Source: Alphaproteobacteria bacterium (GTDB lineage: Bacteria > Pseudomonadota > Alphaproteobacteria > JABAAW01). From it: a stretch of DNA of 64,000 bases. The notes below the pieces were generated by a model. That model was not told the DNA's origin, did not search any database, and was given only the letters and a program-made list of their open reading frames with translations. The position numbers were made by a program, and so were the translations under genes. Where the stretch lies: the NCBI GenBank assembly GCA_965216605.1, contig CBDCGG010000002.1:239645-303644 (forward strand), read 5' to 3'. This document shows, one piece after another, positions 16,562 through 25,892 of this stretch (the first letter of the stretch is position 1; every line of letters begins with the position of its first letter).

Positions 16562-17310
16562 GTTCAAAGTCTCAGGTTTCTTCGTTTAAGGCTTCGTCTG
16601 TGTCGCGCAAGGATTCATCTAACCCTTCTGCTGTGCTTGTACTCGACAAGGTTTCGCAGAGTTTCGACACGGATGCCGAGGTGGGTCTGCAAGTTTTGCA
16701 CGAGGCTTCTCTGACCTTACAAGCGGGCGAGAAGGTTGCGCTCAGCGCACCGTCGGGCAGTGGAAAATCGACGGTGCTGCATATAGCGGCGTTGCTTGCC
16801 AAGCCTAGCGCGGGGACGGTCACGCTTGCGGGCGAGAGTCCTGATCCGCGCAGGAAGGGGTTTCAGGAACGAGCGAGCAACTTACGCGCGCGTCATGTTG
16901 GGTTTGTCTATCAGTTTCATCACTTGCTGGATGAGTTCTCGGCGTTGGACAATGTTGCTTTGGCGGCGAGGATTCTCGGCGCGAGTGTTGAGGCGGCGGA
17001 AGCGAGTGCGAAGGAGATATTGTATCGCGTTGAATTGCGCGATCGTTTGCACCATCGTCCGAATCAGCTTTCGGGGGGGGAGAGGCAGCGTGTTGCGATT
17101 GCTAGGGCTCTTGTCAACGATCCTGTATTGTTATTGGCGGACGAGCCTACGGGAAATTTGGATGCGAAGTTGCGTCTTTCTGTTTTTGCGTTGATGATGG
17201 ATATGTCTAAGGATAGGGCTGTGTTAGTTGCGACGCACGATGAGAAACTTGTGGGGGGGGTAGGAAGACGCATTACGCTGCGGGAGAAGAAGATCGTGCC
17301 TGCGCGGTAG
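16558..17310 (+). CDS. lolD: lipoprotein-releasing system ATP-binding protein LolD
   Basis: Walker A GSGKST, signature LSGGERQRVAIARAL, Walker B LLLADEPTGNLD; directly downstream of lolC/E. Confidence 0.85.
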   Translation: MSSKSQVSSFKASSVSRKDSSNPSAVLVLDKVSQSFDTDAEVGLQVLHEASLTLQAGEKVALSAPSGSGKSTVLHIAALLAKPSAGTVTLAGESPDPRRKGFQERASNLRARHVGFVYQFHHLLDEFSALDNVALAARILGASVEAAEASAKEILYRVELRDRLHHRPNQLSGGERQRVAIARALVNDPVLLLADEPTGNLDAKLRLSVFALMMDMSKDRAVLVATHDEKLVGGVGRRITLREKKIVPAR

Positions 17311-17374
17311 GGGGTTTTTACAAGATTTTTAGGAACAAAAAGGCGTGTCTGCTTCTTCTTGGCTTGCGTTTTTT

Positions 17375-17412
17375 GTCTGTCTGTTGCCTTCGCGCAACAG
17401 ACAGGCTTTTTA
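17375..17412 (+). terminator. rho-independent terminator after lolD
   Basis: GTCTGTCTGTTGC-cttcgc-GCAACAGACAGGC stem-loop followed by TTTTTAT. Confidence 0.6.
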
Positions 17413-17502
17413 TAATGAAGGAAAAACGCAAGACGAGCGAGCCTTAAGATTAGTCTTGGACGAAGTGAGTTTTGCGTTCTGTTTTTTGTCAAACAAAGCT
17501 CG

Positions 17503-17553
17503 AAAAAAAAGACCGGCTCCCCCGTTATTATGTTTTTATCGGGGGAGCCGGCC
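17503..17553 (-). terminator. strong minus-strand rho-independent terminator
   Basis: 13-bp perfect stem ACCGGCTCCCCCG / CGGGGGAGCCGGT with a 15-nt loop. An A8 run on the plus side gives U8 after the hairpin on the minus strand. Confidence 0.6.
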
Positions 17554-17658
17554 AACTGTCGCACGCATGGAAAGGGCAAGAGAGAAGAAGGATCCACACG
17601 CGCGAACTTCATCAACAAAACATAGCTTCTTCTTCTATGCCTCGCTGTCCTATAAGCA

Positions 17659-17886
17659 TCACCTTCGATGCAAACTCTGCCCCCTGCCCAACTCCGCCAA
17701 CCGCTCAACTAAACACGCCAAGCTCGGTGCCACAGACGCGCCATTCACATCTTCGTCTTGGGAAGACATATCAACATCAATCGGAGGAAATCCCTCGTGT
17801 GCCAACACTTCCAAATCCTGCAACGCTCCCTCGAAATCTGCGCTATGCACAGACCCCGAAGATAAACCCGTATCTTCTGACATACT
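17659..17886 (-). CDS. possible small acidic hypothetical protein (about 75 aa) between the ABC importer and the terminator
   Basis: MSEDTGLSSGSVHSADFEGALQDLEVLAHEGFPPIDVDMSSQDEDVNG...; no recognisable family. The terminator 110 nt downstream on the same strand suggests a transcribed unit. Low confidence. Confidence 0.2.
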   Translation of the reverse strand, partial: SMSEDTGLSSGSVHSADFEGALQDLEVLAHEGFPPIDVDMSSQDEDVNGASVAPSLACLVERLAELGRGQSLHRR

Positions 17887-18043
17887 CACTACCTCTGCTC
17901 TTCCCCCCTGTTCTTCTCTTGAACCCCTCAAAGCCCATGTAGGACTTCGCCTTTGTCTTATTCTCTATATCGCAAGACTTGTGCCAACAGAATTTATTCA
18001 ACAATATCAATGGCTTGAGTATCAATTGCTTGCATCCACAACC

Positions 18044-18763
18044 TCAAGAAGATTTTTTCACTCGAACGCGCGCCAAACTCTCCATCGTCAAAAGTCTGCC
18101 GCCCGCCGCGCGCGCATCAGCAGGATCGTGGGTCACAAGAAGCGTCGGCACGCATAACGACGCAATCTGCGCAAAAACAAACCGACGAAAACTACGACGC
18201 AAAGGTAAATCCAATTTGGAAAAAGGCTCGTCCAACAACAACGCACGCGGACGCGCCAACAGGCAGCGCATCAACGAAACACGAGCCTTCTGACCGCCCG
18301 AAAGACTATGCGGATCGCGCGTTGCAAACCCCGACAAACCCGCCTGCTCCAACGCCTCTTCAACACGAGCGCGAATTTGCCCGCGAGAAACTTCCACCGC
18401 CCGCGCTGCAAACGCCAAGTTCTCGCCCACCGACATGTGAGGAAAAAGCAAGTCCTCCTGAAACAACAAGCCGACACGACGCAGATGGATGGGCGTCTCG
18501 GTGATCTCCTCTCCGTCCAAAAAGACGCGCCCGCGCGCCCGAAAGGCAGGCGAGAGCCCGCCGCACAAATACGAAAGCAAAGACGATTTTCCCGAACCGC
18601 TCGCCCCCATGCAAACGACGATCTCGCCGCGCCCAACCCGCAAGTCGAGCCCGCGCACAAAGCACTGCTCTTCCAAAAACAGCGATACGCCCTCTAAGCG
18701 CAATCCCCCCTCGCGCTCTATCGTTTGCTCGCTCGTCATTTTTGTTTTCACTTTCATTTTCAC
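18044..18763 (-). CDS. ABC transporter ATP-binding protein (YnjD/ThiQ-like importer ATPase)
   Basis: Walker A GASGSGKSS, LSGGQKARV signature, LLLDEPFSKLD Walker B; short (239 aa) single-domain ATPase. Confidence 0.85.
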   Translation of the reverse strand: MKMKVKTKMTSEQTIEREGGLRLEGVSLFLEEQCFVRGLDLRVGRGEIVVCMGASGSGKSSLLSYLCGGLSPAFRARGRVFLDGEEITETPIHLRRVGLLFQEDLLFPHMSVGENLAFAARAVEVSRGQIRARVEEALEQAGLSGFATRDPHSLSGGQKARVSLMRCLLARPRALLLDEPFSKLDLPLRRSFRRFVFAQIASLCVPTLLVTHDPADARAAGGRLLTMESLARVRVKKSS

Positions 18764-18775
18764 CCTCTCCTCACC

Positions 18776-20569
18776 CTATCCGTAGAGTCCCTTCATGGAT
18801 ACGCGCTTGCGCCAAACGAGCAGCGGCACAAGCAGAGCCGCCCCGAAGAAGAAAAAAGGCACAGCTGCTTGCAGCAGAGCAAACGCACCGACGATTCTCC
18901 GATCGCCCCCCGAAGAAAGAGCGACCGCCTCGCTCGTCAGGGTTGCATAGCGTCCCGCGCCGATCAAGACCGTCGGCGCGTACAGCGCGATCGAAACGGC
19001 AACGCCCAAGGCGAACGCGGTCAGCAGAGGCTTCAACAACAACGGCAGCGTCACGCGCACAAGGCGGCGAGTGGGCGAGCAACCCAAACTCTCGGCGGTG
19101 AGCGCGAATCGCCTGTCCAAACCCCGCATCGATCCGCTCAACGAGAGGAACACATAAGGCAACACGAACAGCATGTGCGACCAAACAAGGATTAGCCAAC
19201 TCGCCCGCACAGAAAGAGAAAACAACAATATCTGAATCCCAAACAAAAACGAGGTGTGCGGCAACAGCAACGGCAAGTAGAGGGCGACCATCGCTCTATT
19301 TTGAACGCTATTGCCAACGCGAACTTTGCCCCCAACGCGAACTTGGTCGCGCGGCTCGTTTTGTATTTTTTTCTCAAGGCGCGTTTTACGCCGCGACTCC
19401 TGCTCTAGGCACAGCACGCACAGCAGCAGCGCGAAGCCTGCCGCGGCGATGGCAAGGGAGAGCGAAAGCCACAGGGGCTCGGCAAGACGCTCGAACTTGT
19501 CGCGCCACAAATCTAGCGTCCATGCGTCAGGCAAGGCGGCAGGAAAACGCCATGCTTTCGTTTCCGCAAAAGACCACAGAGGTAGCAAGGTGATCGCCAA
19601 CAGGCCAAGCAGCCAAACGAGCAATCCACTACTCCCGGCAAGCAAGTCGTAGAAACGGCTTATGAGCCTTGTCTTCCACACTTGAATCTTACTCACCTTA
19701 ATCTTGCGTCCTTGCAACCTTGCGCGCCAAGCTGTCTCGACCAGTTTCTCTCCGCCCCGCCACACGATGATCGCAACCACCACCATGATCACCTGAAACA
19801 AGGCGGCGGCGGCGGCTATGGGTTGCTCCAACAAATCGGGAGCGTTCGCCAAAGCCAACAACCGCTCGGCAAACAGCCCCGGGCGCGAGGGAGCAAGCGT
19901 GAGGGCGACCTCCAAGTTTGTCAGCGAAAACGCCAAGACCGCATAGACGGACAAGCGCACGCGGCGATAGAGCATCGGTAAGATGCTGTGACAAAAGGCT
20001 GCTCGGCGTGCGTAGCCCAAGCCCTGCGCGACTTCGAGAGTGCGCGGCGCGTTGTCGGCGTTCTCGGCAGAGAGCGTCATCAGAAAGAGAAACGGCACTT
20101 CCTTCACGACGAGGGCTACGACATACAGGATGCCGTACGGATCGGGGTTTGTCAGCCACAAGGGCGGCTCGTCGAAGCCCGTCAGCCACGGCGAGAGCAG
20201 ACGCAGAAACCAGCCGCTAGGCGCGAAAAGAAATCCCACCCCCAAGGCTACCGCGGCGTGCGGAACAGATAGCAATGGAGCAAGGCTGCGACGCAAAAAA
20301 CGCATCACGACACCCTCGCCAAACGAGGCGAACAGCGCAAAAACAACAAGACACGAGACCAGCGTCGCCAAAAAGCCGCAGCGCAGCGTGAGCAGAACAG
20401 AGGCGAGCAGGTGCGGAACCTCGAAGAAGGCTACAAACGGCGCGAGCGAAAAGGCGCGCAAGCCCAGCGCGGGAAAGTAGCCGAAGGCGGGCAACACGAC
20501 AGCAAGCAACCCGCACAAGACGGGTGCCAAGAACAGCAACAGGGTTACGGGAGGAGCAAAACGCATCAT
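18776..20569 (-). CDS. ABC transporter permease, fused double-domain (YnjC/ThiP/FbpB-like)
   Basis: 597 aa, two repeated 6-TM BPD_transp_1-like halves. Confidence 0.8.
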   Translation of the reverse strand: MMRFAPPVTLLLFLAPVLCGLLAVVLPAFGYFPALGLRAFSLAPFVAFFEVPHLLASVLLTLRCGFLATLVSCLVVFALFASFGEGVVMRFLRRSLAPLLSVPHAAVALGVGFLFAPSGWFLRLLSPWLTGFDEPPLWLTNPDPYGILYVVALVVKEVPFLFLMTLSAENADNAPRTLEVAQGLGYARRAAFCHSILPMLYRRVRLSVYAVLAFSLTNLEVALTLAPSRPGLFAERLLALANAPDLLEQPIAAAAALFQVIMVVVAIIVWRGGEKLVETAWRARLQGRKIKVSKIQVWKTRLISRFYDLLAGSSGLLVWLLGLLAITLLPLWSFAETKAWRFPAALPDAWTLDLWRDKFERLAEPLWLSLSLAIAAAGFALLLCVLCLEQESRRKTRLEKKIQNEPRDQVRVGGKVRVGNSVQNRAMVALYLPLLLPHTSFLFGIQILLFSLSVRASWLILVWSHMLFVLPYVFLSLSGSMRGLDRRFALTAESLGCSPTRRLVRVTLPLLLKPLLTAFALGVAVSIALYAPTVLIGAGRYATLTSEAVALSSGGDRRIVGAFALLQAAVPFFFFGAALLVPLLVWRKRVSMKGLYG

Positions 20570-20665
20570 TCACTCCCTCTTCCCCTTTCCCCGCCCCTCC
20601 CTCACGCGACTACTTCCTTGTGAGAGTTGCTACGCAGCCCTCCAGCCACTTAGCTCTCTCCCCCC

Positions 20666-21910
20666 TCAGCCGCCATAGCGTTTTTGCCATGCTTTTTTGA
20701 GAAGATCGCTCCAGCTCGGATGAGGCTCAGGCAAGCTGCGTCCCAGCTCTTTTGCGCTCATCGCGCCCAAAGCCGCCTTCGCTTCGATTTGTTTGAAAAT
20801 CTCGCGCTCGGCTTTCGGCAGCTTGGAAACCGCCAAGACACTCGGATCGCCCCACAGGCTCAAGTCCGCCTTGCGCGCTTGCGCCTCGGCAGAAAGCAGA
20901 AAGTTTGCGACCACCTGCGCTCCCTCCTTAGCTCGTGCGTTGTAGGGGATGGCGACAAAGTGAGCGTTGCCGATCGTACCTTTCTTAAAGACAAAGCCGC
21001 GCGAGGTGTCAGGCAGCGTGCCGCCTTTAATCGAGGAGGCGACATCGCCGGGGTTGAAGGTGAGCGAGAAATAGATCTCGCCGTCCGACAGCAGACGATT
21101 TTGATGCGGCCAGTTCTTCGGAAAGCTACGCCCGCCCTGCCACAGCGATGGATGCAGCGCGTCCAAGAAATCCCACAGAGGTTTTGTCGTCTGCTCGAAG
21201 TTTGCAGCCGTGGCAGGCTGCGCGAGCACTGCTCTGTCCGCGCCCAAATCGTATAGGGCTTGTTTCAGAAATGTCACGCCCACGAAATCGGGCGGTGCAG
21301 GATAGGTGAGTCGACCTTGATTCTTCTTCGCATAGGCAGCCAACTGCTTGAGCGAACGCGGTGCGTTTGCCACCCGCGCCGTATCCCTGATCAGCACCAG
21401 TTGCGCCATTCCCCATGGCGATTCGTAACCCTCGGTCGGGATCGTGAAGTCCATCGTGGTCGCGGGTTTGTTCTTAGTATCGACATATTTCCAGTTCGGA
21501 AGACGTGTCGCAAAGGGACCGAACAACAGCTTCTGCTCTTTCATTGTGCGGAAGTTCTCGCCGTTGATCCAAATCAGATCGATGCCTCCACCGGTGTTTT
21601 TGCCCGCGCTCTTTTCTGCCAGCACGCGCTTGACGGCATCGGCGGTGTTGTCCAACTTGAAATGCTTGAGCGTGATGCCATAACGCGCTTGCACCTGCTC
21701 GGCAGTCCAGCGCAGGTAGGCGTTGATTTTCTCCGAGCCTGCCCATGCTGCGAACCACACCGTTTGCCCTCGCGCTTTGTCTTCTGTCTTGTGAAACGCA
21801 CCGTGGTCGGCGTGCGCCAACGACAGAGGCAACAATAGCAACATAACCGCCGCGCCCAGCGACAAGGTCAGGCGAGACAAGGCTCGCGTCAATAAGGGGG
21901 AGGAGGTCAT
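20666..21910 (-). CDS. periplasmic solute-binding protein, family 1 (YnjB/ThiB-like)
   Basis: Signal peptide MTSSPLLTRALSRLTLSLGAAVMLLLLPLSLAHA; GGIDLIWINGENF block; first gene of the SBP-permease-ATPase importer operon on the minus strand. Confidence 0.75.
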   Translation of the reverse strand: MTSSPLLTRALSRLTLSLGAAVMLLLLPLSLAHADHGAFHKTEDKARGQTVWFAAWAGSEKINAYLRWTAEQVQARYGITLKHFKLDNTADAVKRVLAEKSAGKNTGGGIDLIWINGENFRTMKEQKLLFGPFATRLPNWKYVDTKNKPATTMDFTIPTEGYESPWGMAQLVLIRDTARVANAPRSLKQLAAYAKKNQGRLTYPAPPDFVGVTFLKQALYDLGADRAVLAQPATAANFEQTTKPLWDFLDALHPSLWQGGRSFPKNWPHQNRLLSDGEIYFSLTFNPGDVASSIKGGTLPDTSRGFVFKKGTIGNAHFVAIPYNARAKEGAQVVANFLLSAEAQARKADLSLWGDPSVLAVSKLPKAEREIFKQIEAKAALGAMSAKELGRSLPEPHPSWSDLLKKAWQKRYGG

Positions 21911-21992
21911 AGAAAAAAGTCCTTACGGTAAGAGAGAAATTACAGATTCGATGCGTAAAGCTAGCAAAAGAATTCTTAAACAAGAATCCTTA

Positions 21993-22760
21993 TTAAGGTT
22001 TCAAGCTTTTTAGCATAGCACGCAGCTCTTTTACAACCGCGCTGAGTCTGAGTGGATCGGTATCCGAGACGACGATAGCATTTTTCCATGTCGTCGTCAG
22101 CATGGTCGCTCCGCTGGGCAGTTCGCCTTTCAAGCGCGGATAGCTTCCGATCTCGCTTTCGGGATTGCGTTCTTGCACGCCTTGCAGGGCTTCGGCGAAC
22201 TGGCTCTCGAAGAGGTCTGTACGCAGGGTTTCGCTGAGGCTAGCATTTCCGCCTACGATCTTGCAGGCGAGCGTTTGCAGCATGGCATCGAAGACCTGCG
22301 GCACGCCCGCCAAGACATAGACATTTTGGATACGAAAGCCCGGCGCGATCGAAAGAGGATTGGCAATAGGCTCTGCGCCGCGCGGCAGACGCACCATTTT
22401 CAAGCGCGGTGCGGTCATCGATTCGCCGCGCTGTTTGAAGTAGGCGTTCATCTCCTCGAAGTGCTTTTCCGAGATTTCCAGCGGACATCCGAACTCGGCG
22501 GCTATGGCTGCCGTTGTGATGTCGTCGTGCGTAGGACCGATGCCGCCTGAGGTAAACAGCATATCGGCACGGCGCGCGAGGGCTCTTGCCGCGCTACGAA
22601 TCTCGCGCGTCTGGTCCGAGATCATACGCACTTCGACGATTCGAATACCGCGCGGATTCAGAAACTTCGTCAAGACTTGCAAATTCTTTTCTTGCGTCCG
22701 TCCGACCAAGAGTTCGTTTCCGATCGCCAAGTAGGCGGCTGTTGCGGCGTTTGCCACCAT
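21993..22760 (-). CDS. CinA-like / molybdopterin-binding (MoCF_biosynth) domain protein
   Basis: MVANAATAAYLAIGNELLVGRTQEKNLQVLTKFL...MLFTSGGIGPTHDDIT matches the CinA N-terminal MoaB/MogA-like domain. Confidence 0.7.
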   Translation of the reverse strand: MVANAATAAYLAIGNELLVGRTQEKNLQVLTKFLNPRGIRIVEVRMISDQTREIRSAARALARRADMLFTSGGIGPTHDDITTAAIAAEFGCPLEISEKHFEEMNAYFKQRGESMTAPRLKMVRLPRGAEPIANPLSIAPGFRIQNVYVLAGVPQVFDAMLQTLACKIVGGNASLSETLRTDLFESQFAEALQGVQERNPESEIGSYPRLKGELPSGATMLTTTWKNAIVVSDTDPLRLSAVVKELRAMLKSLKP

Positions 22761-22844
22761 TGCCTTTTTTCTCTGTGCTTTGTGAGTATTGCGAGATTTT
22801 CAAAACTATAGCAAAAGAAACGCCCCGTGCGTGCGGAGATGCTC

Positions 22845-22950
22845 TATGGTGTTTGCGGGGAACGGGTGCGGGCGAAGCGTTCTGCCAACCCGGTCAGGTT
22901 CGAAAGAGCGCAGCCGTAACAGAGTGCTTCGGGTCGCGCCCGTCCCTACT
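22845..22950 (+). ncRNA. ffs: signal recognition particle RNA (4.5S RNA, ffs)
   Basis: CCGGTCAGGTTCGAAAGAGCGCAGCC matches the conserved SRP RNA domain IV motif (GGUCAGGUCCGGAAGGAAGCAGCC). Flanking arms (GGGAACGGGTGCGGGCGAAGCG ... GCTTCGGGTCGCGCCCGTCCC) are largely complementary. Sits directly upstream of dnaX, the usual ffs-dnaX arrangement. Boundaries are approximate. Confidence 0.65.
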
Positions 22951-23020
22951 CAGGGATAAATTCCCCTGCAGTAAGGCAAACTCTTAAGAAAATCCTTGAA
23001 GCAAGACACCGCAAGATACC

Positions 23021-24424
23021 ATGGGCGATATCACGAACGACACCAGCGATAGCACGGGCGAGACGACACAGAAAATCGATCCGCCCACCCCTCTGCCTAA
23101 AGAAGACGCGCCGAAAATCTTGCCTGCGAAGGGGGAGCGACTTGTGCTTGCGCGCGCCTATCGTCCGAGGCGATTCGAGGATTTGATCGGGCAAGAGCAG
23201 GCACGCAGAATTGTCGAGAATGCTTTGCGTAGCGATCGGTTGCATCACGCGATTCTGCTGTCAGGACCGCGCGGCACGGGCAAGACGACGATGGCGCGTT
23301 TGATAGCGCGCGCGGTGAATTGCGGCGGCAGGAAGGATGGGGTTGATCCTTGCGGGACATGTTCCGCTTGCGAGGCGATGGCGAGGGGGGAGGTGATCGA
23401 TGTGGTCGAGATCGACGCTGCCTCGCACACGGGGGTCGATGGGGTGCGTGAGATTGTCGATGGGGCGGGATATCGCCCTGTGATGATGGCGTGTCGTGTT
23501 TATATTATTGACGAGGTTCACATGCTATCGCGCGCGGCGTTCAACGCGCTACTGAAGACTTTGGAGGAGCCTCCGCCGCACTTGCGCTTTCTGTTTGCGA
23601 CGACGGAGGTTGAGAAGGTTCCTCTGACTGTGTTGTCTCGTTGTTTGCGGCTAGAGTTGAAGCGATTGGACAGCGAGACTTTGGCAAAGCACTATACTTT
23701 TGTCAGCGAGCAGGAGGGATGGCAGATCGAGCGAGAGGCGGCGGTGGCGATCGCGCGTGCGGCGGAGGGATCGGTGCGTGATGGGTTATCGTTGTTGGAT
23801 TGCGCGATGGTAGAGAGCGAGGGAAAGAGCATTGTGTTAGAGCGGGTTCGAGAAATGCTGTTTCTTTCCGACGGGCATGCTTTGTACGATTTGTTGGAGG
23901 CGATTGTGGATGGAAAATTGTCGGTGGCGTTGGAGCATTTGGATACTTTGATGTTGAAGGGTGCTCAGGCGGAGCGATTGTTGCGCGAGATGATGGAGCG
24001 ATTGCATCGTTTGTCGAGGATGAAGGTTGGGGAGAGCAACAAGGCGACGCAAGACAGGAATGATGCCTTGATATTAGAGCCTAGCGATCGGGAGCGTGGG
24101 GGGAAATTAGCTGAGGGGTTATCTTTGGCGTCGTTGTCGAGGTTGTGGCAGATTGCTTTACGGGGTTATGAGGAGTTGCGATTGGCGCCGCATCCTCGTT
24201 CGGCGTTGGATATGGTTGTTGTGCGATTGGTGGGAGCGGCGGGCATGCCTTTGCCGCAGGAGGTTTTAGCGAGATTGGCGCGGGGGGAGGAAGAAGCGAA
24301 GGGGGGAGAGACGGAGGCGAAAGAGGCGAAAGAAGAGAAAAAAGAAGAAAAGAAGGGGGGGGGATATGAGGAGAAGTTGCGGGAGACTTTTCCGGGGGCG
24401 ACCATTGAGGAGCGTGCCGTGTAG
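23021..24424 (+). CDS. dnaX: DNA polymerase III subunit gamma/tau (DnaX), short form with K/E-rich low-complexity tail
   Basis: RAYRPRRFEDLIGQEQ...LLSGPRGTGKTT (Walker A), Zn-finger Cys cluster CGGRKDGVDPCGTCSAC, SRC motif (LSRCL). Only 467 aa, ending in EEAKGGETEAKEAKEEKKEEKKGGG. Confidence 0.9.
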   Translation: MGDITNDTSDSTGETTQKIDPPTPLPKEDAPKILPAKGERLVLARAYRPRRFEDLIGQEQARRIVENALRSDRLHHAILLSGPRGTGKTTMARLIARAVNCGGRKDGVDPCGTCSACEAMARGEVIDVVEIDAASHTGVDGVREIVDGAGYRPVMMACRVYIIDEVHMLSRAAFNALLKTLEEPPPHLRFLFATTEVEKVPLTVLSRCLRLELKRLDSETLAKHYTFVSEQEGWQIEREAAVAIARAAEGSVRDGLSLLDCAMVESEGKSIVLERVREMLFLSDGHALYDLLEAIVDGKLSVALEHLDTLMLKGAQAERLLREMMERLHRLSRMKVGESNKATQDRNDALILEPSDRERGGKLAEGLSLASLSRLWQIALRGYEELRLAPHPRSALDMVVVRLVGAAGMPLPQEVLARLARGEEEAKGGETEAKEAKEEKKEEKKGGGYEEKLRETFPGATIEERAV

Positions 24425-24446
24425 GGTGTGCTTGTGCTTTTTAGGG

Positions 24447-24530
24447 AGCACGCGCTCACAAAACGGAACTTGCGTTTTGACGCGTAAACATCGTGCGCGT
24501 AGCGCACGGGGGGGTGTGGGGGGCAGTCCC
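24447..24530 (-). repeat. partial reverse-orientation copy of the dispersed hairpin-rich element, directly after the dnaX stop
   Basis: caaaacggaacttgcgttttgacgcgtaaacatcgtgcgcgtagcgcacgggggggtgtgggggg aligns to the reverse complement of the 3' end of copy A. Confidence 0.6.
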
Positions 24531-24582
24531 GTTCCCCCCTACTCCCAGAATCTTACACTAAACAACCCGCAAATCAACTCCA

Positions 24583-25065
24583 TCACACCGCGGTCATGCC
24601 CTCCCCCATCTCCGCAACCCCATGCACAACAATAATCACATGCGTCAACCCACCCTCATCACTCGTACTCATCTCCAAACAAGCCACACAACCCAATCCA
24701 CCCGCACGAGCCAAAATAATCCTCCGCGCACCCCCGCTCAATCGCACACAGGGCTTCCCGCTCGCAAAACGAACGCTCTCAATATCACGCCAATAAACCG
24801 CCGCATTGCCAACCCCAACACCCAGCCGCCTCACCCCCGTCCCTAATGCCTTCCCAATACACTCCTTCGCAGCAAAACAACTCGCTAAATAACTTACCCC
24901 TCGAACCCCCATACCACCTCCCATACCACGCCCCATGCCCCGACGACGCGCCTCCGCAACCTCGCCCTCCGCAAAAACACGCGATAAAAAACGATCGCCA
25001 TAACGCTCAACTAACCTAGCAATACGAGCATGCTCACACAAATCCGTGCCAATCCCCAAAATCAC
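24583..25065 (-). CDS. acpS: holo-[acyl-carrier-protein] synthase (AcpS) with in-frame Gly/Met repeat insertion
   Basis: MILGIGTDLCEHARIARLVERYGDRFLSRVFAEGE is the AcpS signature. Insertion RRGMGRGMGGGMGVRG from a short tandem repeat. Confidence 0.85.
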   Translation of the reverse strand: MILGIGTDLCEHARIARLVERYGDRFLSRVFAEGEVAEARRRGMGRGMGGGMGVRGVSYLASCFAAKECIGKALGTGVRRLGVGVGNAAVYWRDIESVRFASGKPCVRLSGGARRIILARAGGLGCVACLEMSTSDEGGLTHVIIVVHGVAEMGEGMTAV

Positions 25066-25835
25066 AACACAACTCCTTCTTTAATTCTTTCCCCTCTTCC
25101 CCCTCTTGCCTCGCGCATCAACCCCTTCATCTTTGCCACAACCCCGCCCAACGAATCGAACAACGCCTGACACACAAGAAAATAACCGATGTTCAACTCC
25201 TCGATCTGCTCGATTCGCGCCACCACCGCAACATTGTCAAAATCCAAACCATGCCCCGCATGGCACACCAACCCCACCCCCTCCGCAATCCCTGCCGCCT
25301 CGCGCAACCTCGCCACCTGCCCCGCGTCGTCTGGACGCAACGCATAACTGCCCGTATGCAACTCAACTGCCTTCGCCCCCGTCTGCCGCGCCGCTTTGAT
25401 CTGATCTCCATCAGGCTCGACAAACAACGAAACCTCACTCCCTACCGCACTCATCCTCTCAACAAAAGAGCGCAACTCCTTATTGCTACTTCCTTGCTTG
25501 CTGCCGCCGACAACATCTAATCCCCCCTCCGTTGTCTGCTCCTCGCGCCGCTCCGGCACGAAACACACGGCAGCAGGACGAAGAAGCTCGGCAATCGCCA
25601 CCATCTCCTCGCACGCCGCCATCTCCAAGTTGAGCCGCACCCCCGCCGCTAGCAACGCCTCGACATCGCCATCTCGAATATGTCGTCGATCCTCGCGCAG
25701 ATGAACCGTGATACTGTCCGCTCCATGCGCGCACGCAACCCCCGCCGCCTCAACAATGTCAGGATGATCGCCAAAGCGCGCGTTGCGTAAAGTCGCAACA
25801 TGATCGATGTTAACCCCCAAACGAAGAGGACGCAT
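25062..25835 (-). CDS. pdxJ: pyridoxine 5'-phosphate synthase (PdxJ)
   Basis: MRPLRLGVNIDHVATLRNARFGDHPDIVEAAGVACAHGADSITVHLREDRRHI is the PdxJ signature. Confidence 0.9.
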   Translation of the reverse strand: MRPLRLGVNIDHVATLRNARFGDHPDIVEAAGVACAHGADSITVHLREDRRHIRDGDVEALLAAGVRLNLEMAACEEMVAIAELLRPAAVCFVPERREEQTTEGGLDVVGGSKQGSSNKELRSFVERMSAVGSEVSLFVEPDGDQIKAARQTGAKAVELHTGSYALRPDDAGQVARLREAAGIAEGVGLVCHAGHGLDFDNVAVVARIEQIEELNIGYFLVCQALFDSLGGVVAKMKGLMREARGGRGERIKEGVVL

Positions 25836-25892
25836 TAAAAGCCCTCCCCAACAACCGCAAGAACAACTGCAAGAACACCCGCAGAAATAACC

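Noticed and set aside
17345-18157. 270-aa plus-strand ORF and 214-aa minus-strand ORF (17064-17708) in the lolD / ABC-importer intergenic region
   Set aside because: Low-complexity, no motifs, and they run through two well-formed convergent terminators. The region is better explained as intergenic with perhaps one small gene (17659-17886).
24450-24460. Interpreting the skew flip at about 24.45 kb as the replication terminus or a dif site
   Set aside because: No XerC/D-type 28-bp dif consensus recognised there, the skew pattern is patchy further along the window, and convergent transcription alone could produce a local flip. Kept only as a low-confidence finding.
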